Part shown: one piece after another, positions 1 to 7,372 of the stretch
Numbering within the stretch: position 1 is the stretch's first letter
How the letters are laid out: each line of letters starts with the position of its first letter
DNA from: Myxococcota bacterium
Lineage (GTDB): Bacteria; Myxococcota; JACRCW01
Assembly: GCA_040752415.1 (NCBI GenBank)
Contig: JBFMGU010000197.1
Span: 1-20,168 of the forward strand
DNA: 20,168 bases
Reading direction: 5' to 3'
The notes under the pieces: generated by a model
What the model saw: only the letters and a program-made list of their open reading frames with translations
Told to the model about the DNA's origin: nothing
Databases searched by the model: none
Translations under genes and position numbers: made by a program

Positions 1-2
1 AG

Positions 3-113
3 ATTGCGCTGAACCTTCTCAAACAGGAAAAGACGAAAAAGATCGGCATCAAAGCCAAGCGGAAGCTCGCTGGCTGGGATGAGCCCTACCTCCTGAAGGT
101 GCTTGGTGTTTAG
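3..113 (+). CDS. ISAs1-family (H-repeat) transposase, C-terminal fragment
   Basis: Frame 3 reads [36 protein letters not shown], the typical ISAs1 C-terminus (IALNLL...KRK.AGWD..YL.K.L). Not in the ORF track. Confidence 0.9.
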   Translation: MALNLLKQEKTKKIGIKAKRKLAGWDEPYLLKVLGV

Positions 114-127
114 GTGCGATTGCCCTG
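110..127. repeat. Right terminal inverted repeat of the ISAs1 element
   Basis: TTAGGTGCGATTGCCCTG overlaps the transposase stop codon and ends in CCCTG. The left copy lies outside the window. Confidence 0.75.
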
Positions 128-128
128 A

Positions 129-499
129 GGCATCCTGTCCGACAAGTTCTGGCTTCGTGACGCGTTGTCAAAAGACTTTTGCGGACCCACTTAGCGCTCG
201 CCCTCTTTGATCTCGATGGGAACGTCGTGCGCACCATTGATACTCGCAACGAGCGACCTTCATTCGCTGAATTCGCCGCGCATCCCTCCGGCGGCTTGGT
301 CACAAGCGGTGACTTCAGCACTGGAGAGAAGTGCTCGTGCTGTACCTTCGAAGAAGAGTATGCCCCGAACCGTCCCGCGGTGAAGATGACGATTCTTAGC
401 GGCGCTACGGTGGCCAGGCGAAACAGCAACGGCGAGCTGATGTGGAAGGCCAGGTTTGAGCGCCTCAACTGCAACCGCGAGGAAGCGTGTTGCGAGTAG
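129..499 (+). pseudogene. Probable 3' remnant of an IS-interrupted gene (Cys-containing, beta-propeller-like motifs)
   Basis: ORF 179-499 has a TTG start with no RBS and GC near 60% by rough count. It contains FDLDGNVVRTI and NSNGELMWKARF motifs and begins just after the IS end. Confidence 0.4.
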
Positions 500-654
500 G
501 TGACGGTGTCCGCGCACGTGCTGGTGGCTTCTTCTTGGCCCAGCGTCTCGCTCCGCCTCCGCCTCGAACGGATGGCCCACCCGTTTGCCATCGGCCACCC
601 CCGCGTCGTCGGGCGGCACCGGCTTGAACGCCGTGCCCTTTCCCTCGGTCGGAT

Positions 655-1440
655 TCAGAACGAGGTGGTCTCGCCCGGCTTCATCTCCACCACCTTCGTG
701 GTGAGGTTCTCGGTCTTGAGCGCGGCGCGCAGCTCGTCGGGCGTGCCCTTGAGGAGGCCGAAGGTCCCGAAGTGCATGGGGATGACGTTGGGCGCCCTCA
801 GCATGCGCAGCGCCAGGGCCGCACCGCGCGGGTCCATGGTGAAGTGACCGCCAATGGGCAGCAGCGCCACGGTGGGCTTGTAGCGCTCACCAATCAGCGC
901 CATCGACGAGAAGAAGCCGGTGTCGCCCGCGTGGTAGAGCACCGGGCCCTTCTCGATCTCGATGATGTAGCCCATGGCGGGCCCGGCGTAGCGGGGGTTC
1001 TTGGGATCGTCGCCGTAGCCAGAGGAATGCACCGCCTCCACGAAGTGAATGGTGGCGTCCTTGATCTTCACGCTGCCGCCAATGTTCCCGCCCGCGGCCT
1101 TCTCCACGCCGATGATGTTGGTCAGCTCATAGGAGCCCACCAGCGTGGCGCCGGTCTTCTTGGCGAGCTCCGCGGCGTTGCCCACGTGGTCGGAGTGACC
1201 GTGGGTGACCAGGATGGCGTCGAGCGCTTCCGGCCACTTGGCTCCGGCGGGCGCCTTGGGATTCTGCAACCACGGGTCCACCGCCAGCGTGGCGCCGCCT
1301 GGCGTCTTGATGATGAACGCCGCGTGTCCCCACCAGGTGATCTCCGTCTTGCCACTGGGCTTGGGGGCCTCCGCGGCCGCCACGGCACAGAGGCCCAGCG
1401 CCACGGAGGCAAAGGTGAAAGCGCTCCACAGCTTCTTCAT
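655..1440 (-). CDS. Metal-dependent hydrolase, metallo-beta-lactamase fold (UPF0173-like), with signal peptide
   Basis: ITWWGHA, VDPW, THGHSDH, AVHSS, YHAGDTG, LPIGGHFTM and IPMHFGTF motifs; N-terminal signal peptide; AAGGAGAG RBS. Confidence 0.92.
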   Translation of the reverse strand: MKKLWSAFTFASVALGLCAVAAAEAPKPSGKTEITWWGHAAFIIKTPGGATLAVDPWLQNPKAPAGAKWPEALDAILVTHGHSDHVGNAAELAKKTGATLVGSYELTNIIGVEKAAGGNIGGSVKIKDATIHFVEAVHSSGYGDDPKNPRYAGPAMGYIIEIEKGPVLYHAGDTGFFSSMALIGERYKPTVALLPIGGHFTMDPRGAALALRMLRAPNVIPMHFGTFGLLKGTPDELRAALKTENLTTKVVEMKPGETTSF

Positions 1441-1478
1441 GGTTTCTCTCCTTGGGTGGTCGGGATTTCCAGGAAAAG

Positions 1479-1556
1479 GGAGTCAGAAGTCAGAAGGTGA
1501 TGCCGCAGCGACGACGGAAGAACCTTCTGACTTCTGACTTCTGACTCCTGACTTCC
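1479..1556. repeat. Inverted repeat built from 7-bp tandem units (AGTCAGA / TCTGACT)
   Basis: 1481-1498 AGTCAGAAGTCAGAAGGT is the exact reverse complement of 1522-1539. The right arm has four heptamer units and the left arm two. Confidence 0.9.
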
Positions 1557-1578
1557 TTTCAGGATCATTGGGACCCAC

Positions 1579-2745
1579 TCAACACGACTCCACGCACTCG
1601 CGGCGCGCAATCATCTGGTCCACCAGGCTCTTCAGCTCCCCCTTGGCCTGCGCGGAGATGGACTTGAGGAGCCTGCAGGTGTGCTGCACCTCCGCGCCCT
1701 CTCCCGCCACGGTGTGCCGCCACGCGCGCCATTGCCCCATGGCCACCATTTTCGGCAGCGGCATGGCGTTGTCCGGCTCCGCGCGCCAGGACACGTACGC
1801 CACGTCGACGTCGTCGGTGGGAGCATCCGCGCGCAGCGTCCAGCTCAGCGCATGGGTGTCCACGCAGGTGGGGCGCGGCTTGAGCGGCACGGCGTACAGC
1901 GCGGAGACGTGCTTGGGCAGCTGCACCTTCACGCGCGCGGGCGCACCCGGCAGCGCCCAGGCCTGCAGCGTCGAGAGGTTGTGCACCAGGTGCTCCGCCG
2001 GCGGCATGCGCGCGTCACCCCACGCCACCTCCCAGCGCGGGCGGTTGTCGAACCACAGCGCGCTGCCGGAGGGATATTCGCTGCCCTCGGTGAAGCCGCC
2101 CACGTGGTACGCGCCAAACTCGTACTCGACGGTGATGAACACCTTCTGGCCCTTCCGGAACGAGGTGCGCCAGGTGTACGCCAGCTGCGGCGGGCTCCCC
2201 GCGTCGACGTCCAGCGTCACGTTCCTGAGCGCCAGGCGGTCCACTTCCTGTCCGCGGATGCGCACGCTGGGATTGGCCAGCCCCGGCACCGGCAGGCTGC
2301 AGCACAGGCTCCCGGCTTCCTCCCCGACGGTGTAGGGCAAATCCAGGTTCCAGGTGGGGACGGGCAGCGCCAGCGTGACGTCGGGGAGATCGGCCTGGGG
2401 ATGCACCTCGTAGACGGCGGAGGCCTCCCAGCGCACGCGCAGGTGGCGGGTCAGGTCGCTGGTGCAGGGCAGCTGCGCGCCAATCTCCGCGTGGTCCTGC
2501 GGGGGGAAATCCTCCGCCACCATGGCCGCGCGCACGTCGGCGCCCTTGTAGAGGATGCGGTAGCAGCGGTCGGTGGCGACCGGACGGATGGTGAGATCCA
2601 GGCGGGCCAGGCGCAGCGCGGCCGCATCCACCGGCACCAGCAGCGCGCCCGCGCCCTGGAACAATCCGTCGACGGCGGCAACGGCATGTGAGGGCACCAC
2701 GAGCGCCCACACCCCGGCCACGAGCATCCGACGGCATCCCGTCAT
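1579..2745 (-). CDS. Exported hypothetical protein, possibly DUF4424-like
   Basis: Signal peptide (MLVAGVWALVVPSHAVA). The layout GAGALLVP..LRLARLDLTI..VTLALPVP..YTWRTSFRKGQKVFITVEY resembles DUF4424 proteins. Start could be 2745 or the second Met. Confidence 0.7.
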   Translation of the reverse strand: MTGCRRMLVAGVWALVVPSHAVAAVDGLFQGAGALLVPVDAAALRLARLDLTIRPVATDRCYRILYKGADVRAAMVAEDFPPQDHAEIGAQLPCTSDLTRHLRVRWEASAVYEVHPQADLPDVTLALPVPTWNLDLPYTVGEEAGSLCCSLPVPGLANPSVRIRGQEVDRLALRNVTLDVDAGSPPQLAYTWRTSFRKGQKVFITVEYEFGAYHVGGFTEGSEYPSGSALWFDNRPRWEVAWGDARMPPAEHLVHNLSTLQAWALPGAPARVKVQLPKHVSALYAVPLKPRPTCVDTHALSWTLRADAPTDDVDVAYVSWRAEPDNAMPLPKMVAMGQWRAWRHTVAGEGAEVQHTCRLLKSISAQAKGELKSLVDQMIARRECVESC

Positions 2746-2847
2746 GAGCCGTTGAATGACACATCACGGGCGGCGGCGCGAGCGCACTTGGCAGGCGTGG
2801 GCCTCGTCGGTAGGACTGGCGCATTCCCCCAAGGAGCGGATGACGCC

Positions 2848-3093
2848 ATGCGGAAAGAGGACATCCAGCGCAAGATCCAGGCCGCGCTCCCCGACGCGAC
2901 GGTGGAGCTGCGGGACCTCACCGGCGGCGGTGATCACTGGGAGGCCACCGTGGTGAGCCGCGCCTTCGAGGGGAAGGGTGTGGTGGAGCAGCACCGCCTG
3001 GTCTACGCGGCGCTGGCCGAGGAGATGCGCGGCCCCATCCACGCCCTCACGTTGAAGACCTCCACGCCGGCCAGGGTGCCGGGCAAGGGTTGA
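2848..3093 (+). CDS. bolA: BolA/IbaG family protein
   Basis: DLTGGGDHWEATVVSRAFEGK..VEQHRLVYAAL...IHALTLKT; AAGGAG RBS before ATG 2848; adjacent to a CGFS glutaredoxin. Confidence 0.93.
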   Translation: MRKEDIQRKIQAALPDATVELRDLTGGGDHWEATVVSRAFEGKGVVEQHRLVYAALAEEMRGPIHALTLKTSTPARVPGKG

Positions 3094-3096
3094 GCC

Positions 3097-3408
3097 ATGG
3101 CCGAGGACATCCTCCAGAAGATCAAGAACGACGTCACCAGCAACAAGGTCATCCTGTACATGAAGGGCACCAAGGCGCTGCCGCAGTGCGGTTTCTCGGC
3201 GCGCGTGGTGGACATCCTGAACCGCCACGGCGTGGGCTACGAGACGCGCAACGTCCTGGCCGACCCCGAGCTGCGCGAGGCCATCAAGCGGTTCTCCAAC
3301 TGGCCCACGCTGCCGCAGCTGTACGTCAACGGGAGCTTCGTGGGCGGCTGCGACATCGTCACCGAGATGGACCAGAAGGGCGAGCTGGCTCCGCTGCTCA
3401 AGCAGTGA
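3097..3408 (+). CDS. grxD: Monothiol glutaredoxin, Grx4 family
   Basis: LYMKGT..PQCGFS, SNWPTLPQLYVNG.FVGGCDI signature. Confidence 0.97.
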   Translation: MAEDILQKIKNDVTSNKVILYMKGTKALPQCGFSARVVDILNRHGVGYETRNVLADPELREAIKRFSNWPTLPQLYVNGSFVGGCDIVTEMDQKGELAPLLKQ

Positions 3409-3426
3409 GCACCTCGACGACGCGGG

Positions 3427-5673
3427 TCACAACGGGCGCAAGCGGTACGCATCCTGGATGCGGCTCTTGACGGTATCCGGGACACTCCATCCGTCGGGGA
3501 AGTTGGCTGCCAGCACATCCGCGTAGCGCACCGGCCTGCCATTGCGTTCCGCGTACAGCCCCAGCGCCGCCGCCGCCTCCGCCGCGCGCCACGCGTGCTG
3601 CATCACACCCATCCCCTCCGACGACAATCCCGTGCGGAACGCCTCCACGCTCCGCTCCAGCACCAGGAGCTGCTGCTCATACTCCAGGAAGCGCTCCGAC
3701 TCCTGGTAGCTCACCACGTCCTGCAACCGTCGCCCCAGTGCGGGCGCGTAGCGCTGCAACCACGCCATGCGCACCGGTGCCATGGTGGCCTTGGCGCCCG
3801 CGGTCTCCGCCTCGGCCAGGCGTGGCGGCAGCTTGTCGGTGTCCCGGTTGTCCAGGAACCAGAGGGCGTGGGAGAGCATGGCGTCGTTGAGCTGGAACAC
3901 CGCGAGCACCAGCGGCGTGCCCAGCAGCCAGGGATTGCTCTCCAGCGTCATGTCGAACTCGCGCCACGCGGCCACCACGGCCTTGGCCTGCTTCTCCCGC
4001 TCCACCAGGGCATCCATGGTCGCGGTGCCCGGAGCCAGCCTGGCCCTGCCGCCCGCCAGACGGTACGCCACGTGCTGCTCCAGCAGGGCCACGTAGGCCG
4101 CGTTGGACGTCCGCTGCAGCTTCCTGACGGCATGATCAAAGACGAAGAGGTGCTGAAGCGGAGGATACGGTTTCACCTGGTCCAGGGACGGGACGGCCGC
4201 AACCTGCAACGTCGCCGCGCAGGTGTCATTGCCCCGGAACTCCGGCAGGGAAGGATCGTCCTTGAATAGGCGAACATAGTGTTCCGCCAGGGGACGCAGC
4301 AGGAATCCCTCCGGCGCCGCGCCCTTCCCCAGCTCCAGCGCGCGCGCGGCATGACACGCGGCTTCATACTCGGCCTCCCGCGTGGCCCCCACCCGCCACA
4401 ACACGTGCGCCTTCACCGACTCCACGTCCGCATCCGGCTGTCCCAGCGCGTGCTCCACGTCGGAAACGGTCTTCATCAGGTCCCGCAGGCCGTCCAGGGT
4501 GCGGAACGATGCACCGCGCATCAACACCGTGCGCAGCAGCTCGCTCTTCATCACCAACGCCACGTGGCGCTTTTCGTCCTCCGGCGTGGCGTCGAGGAGC
4601 TGGAGCTGCGCCGCGTGGTACTTGACGCGCGTGAAGTCCAGCGCGGCCACGGCGTTCTTCAGCGCCTGGTCGTGGTGCGCGGCCAGCGCGTCACGCTCCT
4701 TGCGCGGTCCCACGGAAAGTCCGTCGGAGAGCACGTACAATCCGGCCGCGCCGGCTCCCGCCAACAGCAGCTGCACCACCATGCGCAACGCCGCGTCCTT
4801 CAGCGTGTGGCCCATGCGCGCCACGCCCTTGTGGTCTCCCATCCGTCGCCACGCCTCGACGAACTCCACCCACAACCGCCAGATCACGAACGCCAGCAGC
4901 ACCACCATGGCAATGAGCGTGGCGACCCGGAGGATGGAGCCCTCCGCGGCGAGCCCCTGCTTGGTGATCACCACGTCGACGTTGCCAATGCGCTTGCCCA
5001 CCGCCTCGTCCGCTTGGTCAATGCGCGCCGCCACCGCCGCGTCGGCCTGGAGGATGGAACGGGAGACGATCCCCTCCAGCTGACCGGCGCGCACCTCCAG
5101 GATGCGGTCCAGGTCGTCGAGGCGCTTCTTGGTCTCCGCGCTCACCTTCTCGACGAGATTCCGCGCTTCCGCACCCGCCTGCTTGATGCGCGCCCGCGCC
5201 ACGTCATCCAGCCGCCCCAGCGTGCGCTGCGCCACGTCGTTGGCCGCCACCTGGGCCTGCAGGATCCGCGCGGCCATGTCCTGGTTGACGTTGCCGGCCA
5301 CACGCAGCGCCTGTTCGGCCGCGGTGTTGGTCACGTCGCGCGCGGCCTCCCGGGCGTGGTCCACCTGGCGGGAGACCCGGTCCTCCACGTCGTCCAGCAG
5401 CCGCCAGCCGCGCAGCTCCGCGCCCTCCAGCACCGGCGTGGCCAACGCGTCCACCATGTTGCCCAGCACGTTCCCGGCGCTGGCGAGGGTATGGCGCCCC
5501 AACGCGCTCACGCCGCTCCCGACGATGCGATTGAACTCCGCGAGGCTCGTCAGCGGATTGAACGCCTGGGTGTCCGACGGGGTGGCCAGGACGGCCAGTG
5601 CCAGCGGCGCCAGGAGACCGAGACGTCGTCGAACCGGATTCCCAACCTGGGAGGAGGCCATGAAGGAAGACAA
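3427..5673 (-). CDS. Hypothetical membrane protein: signal peptide, 11-residue helical repeats, two TM helices, large helical C-terminal domain
   Basis: 748-aa ORF with GC3-rich codons; RRRLGLLAPLALAVLA..TQA signal; hydrophobic segments ILRVATLIAMVVLLAFVIW and MVVQLLLAGAGAAGLYVL. Start may be 5661. Confidence 0.85.
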   Translation of the reverse strand: MSSFMASSQVGNPVRRRLGLLAPLALAVLATPSDTQAFNPLTSLAEFNRIVGSGVSALGRHTLASAGNVLGNMVDALATPVLEGAELRGWRLLDDVEDRVSRQVDHAREAARDVTNTAAEQALRVAGNVNQDMAARILQAQVAANDVAQRTLGRLDDVARARIKQAGAEARNLVEKVSAETKKRLDDLDRILEVRAGQLEGIVSRSILQADAAVAARIDQADEAVGKRIGNVDVVITKQGLAAEGSILRVATLIAMVVLLAFVIWRLWVEFVEAWRRMGDHKGVARMGHTLKDAALRMVVQLLLAGAGAAGLYVLSDGLSVGPRKERDALAAHHDQALKNAVAALDFTRVKYHAAQLQLLDATPEDEKRHVALVMKSELLRTVLMRGASFRTLDGLRDLMKTVSDVEHALGQPDADVESVKAHVLWRVGATREAEYEAACHAARALELGKGAAPEGFLLRPLAEHYVRLFKDDPSLPEFRGNDTCAATLQVAAVPSLDQVKPYPPLQHLFVFDHAVRKLQRTSNAAYVALLEQHVAYRLAGGRARLAPGTATMDALVEREKQAKAVVAAWREFDMTLESNPWLLGTPLVLAVFQLNDAMLSHALWFLDNRDTDKLPPRLAEAETAGAKATMAPVRMAWLQRYAPALGRRLQDVVSYQESERFLEYEQQLLVLERSVEAFRTGLSSEGMGVMQHAWRAAEAAAALGLYAERNGRPVRYADVLAANFPDGWSVPDTVKSRIQDAYRLRPL

Positions 5674-5707
5674 CCAGCGCTCCCGCCCTCATGGCAAGCT
5701 CAGATCC

Positions 5708-6139
5708 TCAACGCTTCTTGCGTGGCGCCGGCTTCGCGCCCGTGTCCGGCTTCGCGTCCAGGCGCGCCATCAGCTCCGCGGTGAGATCGGCCGCGGGGTC
5801 GGAGAAGAACACCACGGCGGACTTCTCGACGACAACGTCGACGCCCTTCTCCGCGCACAACGTCTTGAGCGCCTCGCGCGCCTTCTGCGTGACGTCCTTG
5901 ATCATGCTCGAGCGCAGCTCCCCCAGGTCCCGTTGCGCGTCGACATCAAGCTGTTGCAGCTCGCGAGCCAGCGCCTCCGGCTCCACGGGGCGACCACCGG
6001 GAATGGACACCGCCTCCCGACGTCGATCATAGGCGGCCTTCCTCTCGTCCCAGCGTGCCTTCAGCTCCGCGGCGTGCTGCTTGCCCAGCTGGGTCTCGTC
6101 CAGCACGCGCACCATGTCCACCACACCGACCTTGCTCAT
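5708..6139 (-). CDS. OmpH/Skp-family chaperone-like protein without a signal peptide
   Basis: MSKVGVVDMVRVLDETQLGK..helical region..LCAEKGVDVVVEKSAVVFFSDPAADLTAELMARLD matches the Skp N- and C-terminal motifs. GGAGG RBS before ATG 6139; 143 aa. Confidence 0.85.
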   Translation of the reverse strand: MSKVGVVDMVRVLDETQLGKQHAAELKARWDERKAAYDRRREAVSIPGGRPVEPEALARELQQLDVDAQRDLGELRSSMIKDVTQKAREALKTLCAEKGVDVVVEKSAVVFFSDPAADLTAELMARLDAKPDTGAKPAPRKKR

Positions 6140-6208
6140 CCCGCCTCCATCTCCCTGGATGTCACGCGTGGGAAGGCATAACATGCGCAGCCCCTTCCGA
6201 GGTGAGTC

Positions 6209-7366
6209 ATGCCCGATCCCATTCGCACCGGCGGTCCGCGTCCTCTGGTCCTCCCCACCACGACGAGCACCACGCCGCTCTCCACGCCGCTGCCGCCGCC
6301 GCCGCCCTCGGGCACGGGCATTGACGCGTTCACGCGCACCGACGGCGTGGACCCGGTGCGCAACGCCGCGCGGGAAGCCACGGTGAACCGCGCGCTGGAG
6401 CGCCTGTTCGACAACATCAGCACCTCCATGGGGCTCAACCCGGCGCACGTGCGGGTGAACCCGGACCTGCTGGTGAACCGGCCCATGACGCCGGAGGCGG
6501 AAGAGAAGCTGCAGGGCGCGCTGAAGGATTTCCTGATGGACATGCCGCTCAGCGCGTTGAGTCCGGCGCTGGCGGACCAGATTCGCAGCCTGTTGCCCTC
6601 GCTGCCGGCGGACTCGGTGGACAAGCCGCTCAAGGACCTGGGTGGTGACGTCGGGAACGTGGCCTCGCGCGCGGCCAAGGAGTGGCTGAAGAACCTCTGG
6701 CACGACGAGCCGGCGGCGCTGGTGGCCCTGGGTGTGGCGGGCGCGGTGGCGGCGGGCACCATTGCGGTGAAGGGCGGCACCGACGCGCTCAAGAAGCTGG
6801 GCATTCCCACCGGGTTCAAGTTCCCCATCGTCGGGGACACGCTCAAGGGACGGCTGGATGCGTCCTTCGGTCCGTCGCTGCGCGACCCCTCGCTCACCGG
6901 CGGGCTCTCCTCCACGTTCCGCCTGGGCAACAACACCACCGTCAACGTCGACGGGCACGTCACGGTGGGCGGCAGCAGCTTCTCCGACCTGCACGCCACC
7001 GGCGCGGGCGGCTCGGTGAACGTGACGCACGGCAACCTGGGCGCCAACGTCAACGTCCATCACGACTTCGGCACGGGCAGCACGTCGGTGAACGGCGGCC
7101 TCAACCTGCGCCTGGACCCGCACACCACCATGAACCTCTCCGGCGGCATGGTGGACGGTCGCGCCTCCACGCTGGGCGTGGGCGTCAGTCACGGCTCACC
7201 CAACCTCAACCTCTCGGCGGGCGTCAGCCACAACTTCAACACCGACGTCACCAGCGCCAACCTCTCGCTCAATGGTCGTCGGGGCAACACCGAGTTCTAC
7301 CTGAGCGGCGGAGTGGACAGCCGCGGCGACACCAACGTCAGCGCCGGCATCCGCATCCCGTTCTGA
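6209..7366 (+). CDS. Hypothetical protein with Pro/Thr-rich N-terminus, helical domain and C-terminal Gly-rich beta-barrel-like domain
   Basis: GAGGTG RBS; strongly GC3-biased codons; residues about 203-385 form alternating amphipathic strands ending in VSAGIRIPF. Confidence 0.88.
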   Translation: MPDPIRTGGPRPLVLPTTTSTTPLSTPLPPPPPSGTGIDAFTRTDGVDPVRNAAREATVNRALERLFDNISTSMGLNPAHVRVNPDLLVNRPMTPEAEEKLQGALKDFLMDMPLSALSPALADQIRSLLPSLPADSVDKPLKDLGGDVGNVASRAAKEWLKNLWHDEPAALVALGVAGAVAAGTIAVKGGTDALKKLGIPTGFKFPIVGDTLKGRLDASFGPSLRDPSLTGGLSSTFRLGNNTTVNVDGHVTVGGSSFSDLHATGAGGSVNVTHGNLGANVNVHHDFGTGSTSVNGGLNLRLDPHTTMNLSGGMVDGRASTLGVGVSHGSPNLNLSAGVSHNFNTDVTSANLSLNGRRGNTEFYLSGGVDSRGDTNVSAGIRIPF

Positions 7367-7372
7367 GCGGTT

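Larger units (their letters stand above)
1..127 (+). mobile_element. ISAs1-family insertion sequence, right end (truncated by window start)
   Basis: Transposase C-terminus followed directly by GTGCGATTGCCCTG; the reverse complement CAGGGCAATCGCAC matches the CAGGG-type terminal inverted repeat of ISAs1 elements. Confidence 0.85.

Noticed and set aside
560..645. Short hairpins (GATGGC..GCCATC; GGCACCGGC..GCCGTGCC-CTTT) as terminators
   Set aside because: Imperfect stems with only a 3-nt T tract; expected by chance at this GC content.
1479..1556. Heptamer repeats as a CRISPR array
   Set aside because: Units are 7 bp with no unique spacers, and there are no cas genes in the window.
2848..3408. 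bolA-grxD as a novel system linked to xanthine dehydrogenase Fe-S supply
   Set aside because: BolA-Grx4 pairing is widespread and well known; it lies about 6 kb from xdhAB with no evidence of linkage.
4279..5784. 501-aa plus-strand ORF
   Set aside because: Antisense shadow of the 748-aa membrane protein gene; no protein-like features.
6140..7192. N-terminal extension of the 494-aa ORF 5708..7192
   Set aside because: Antisense to the well-supported gene 6209..7366. The Skp-like domain has its own RBS and ATG at 6139.
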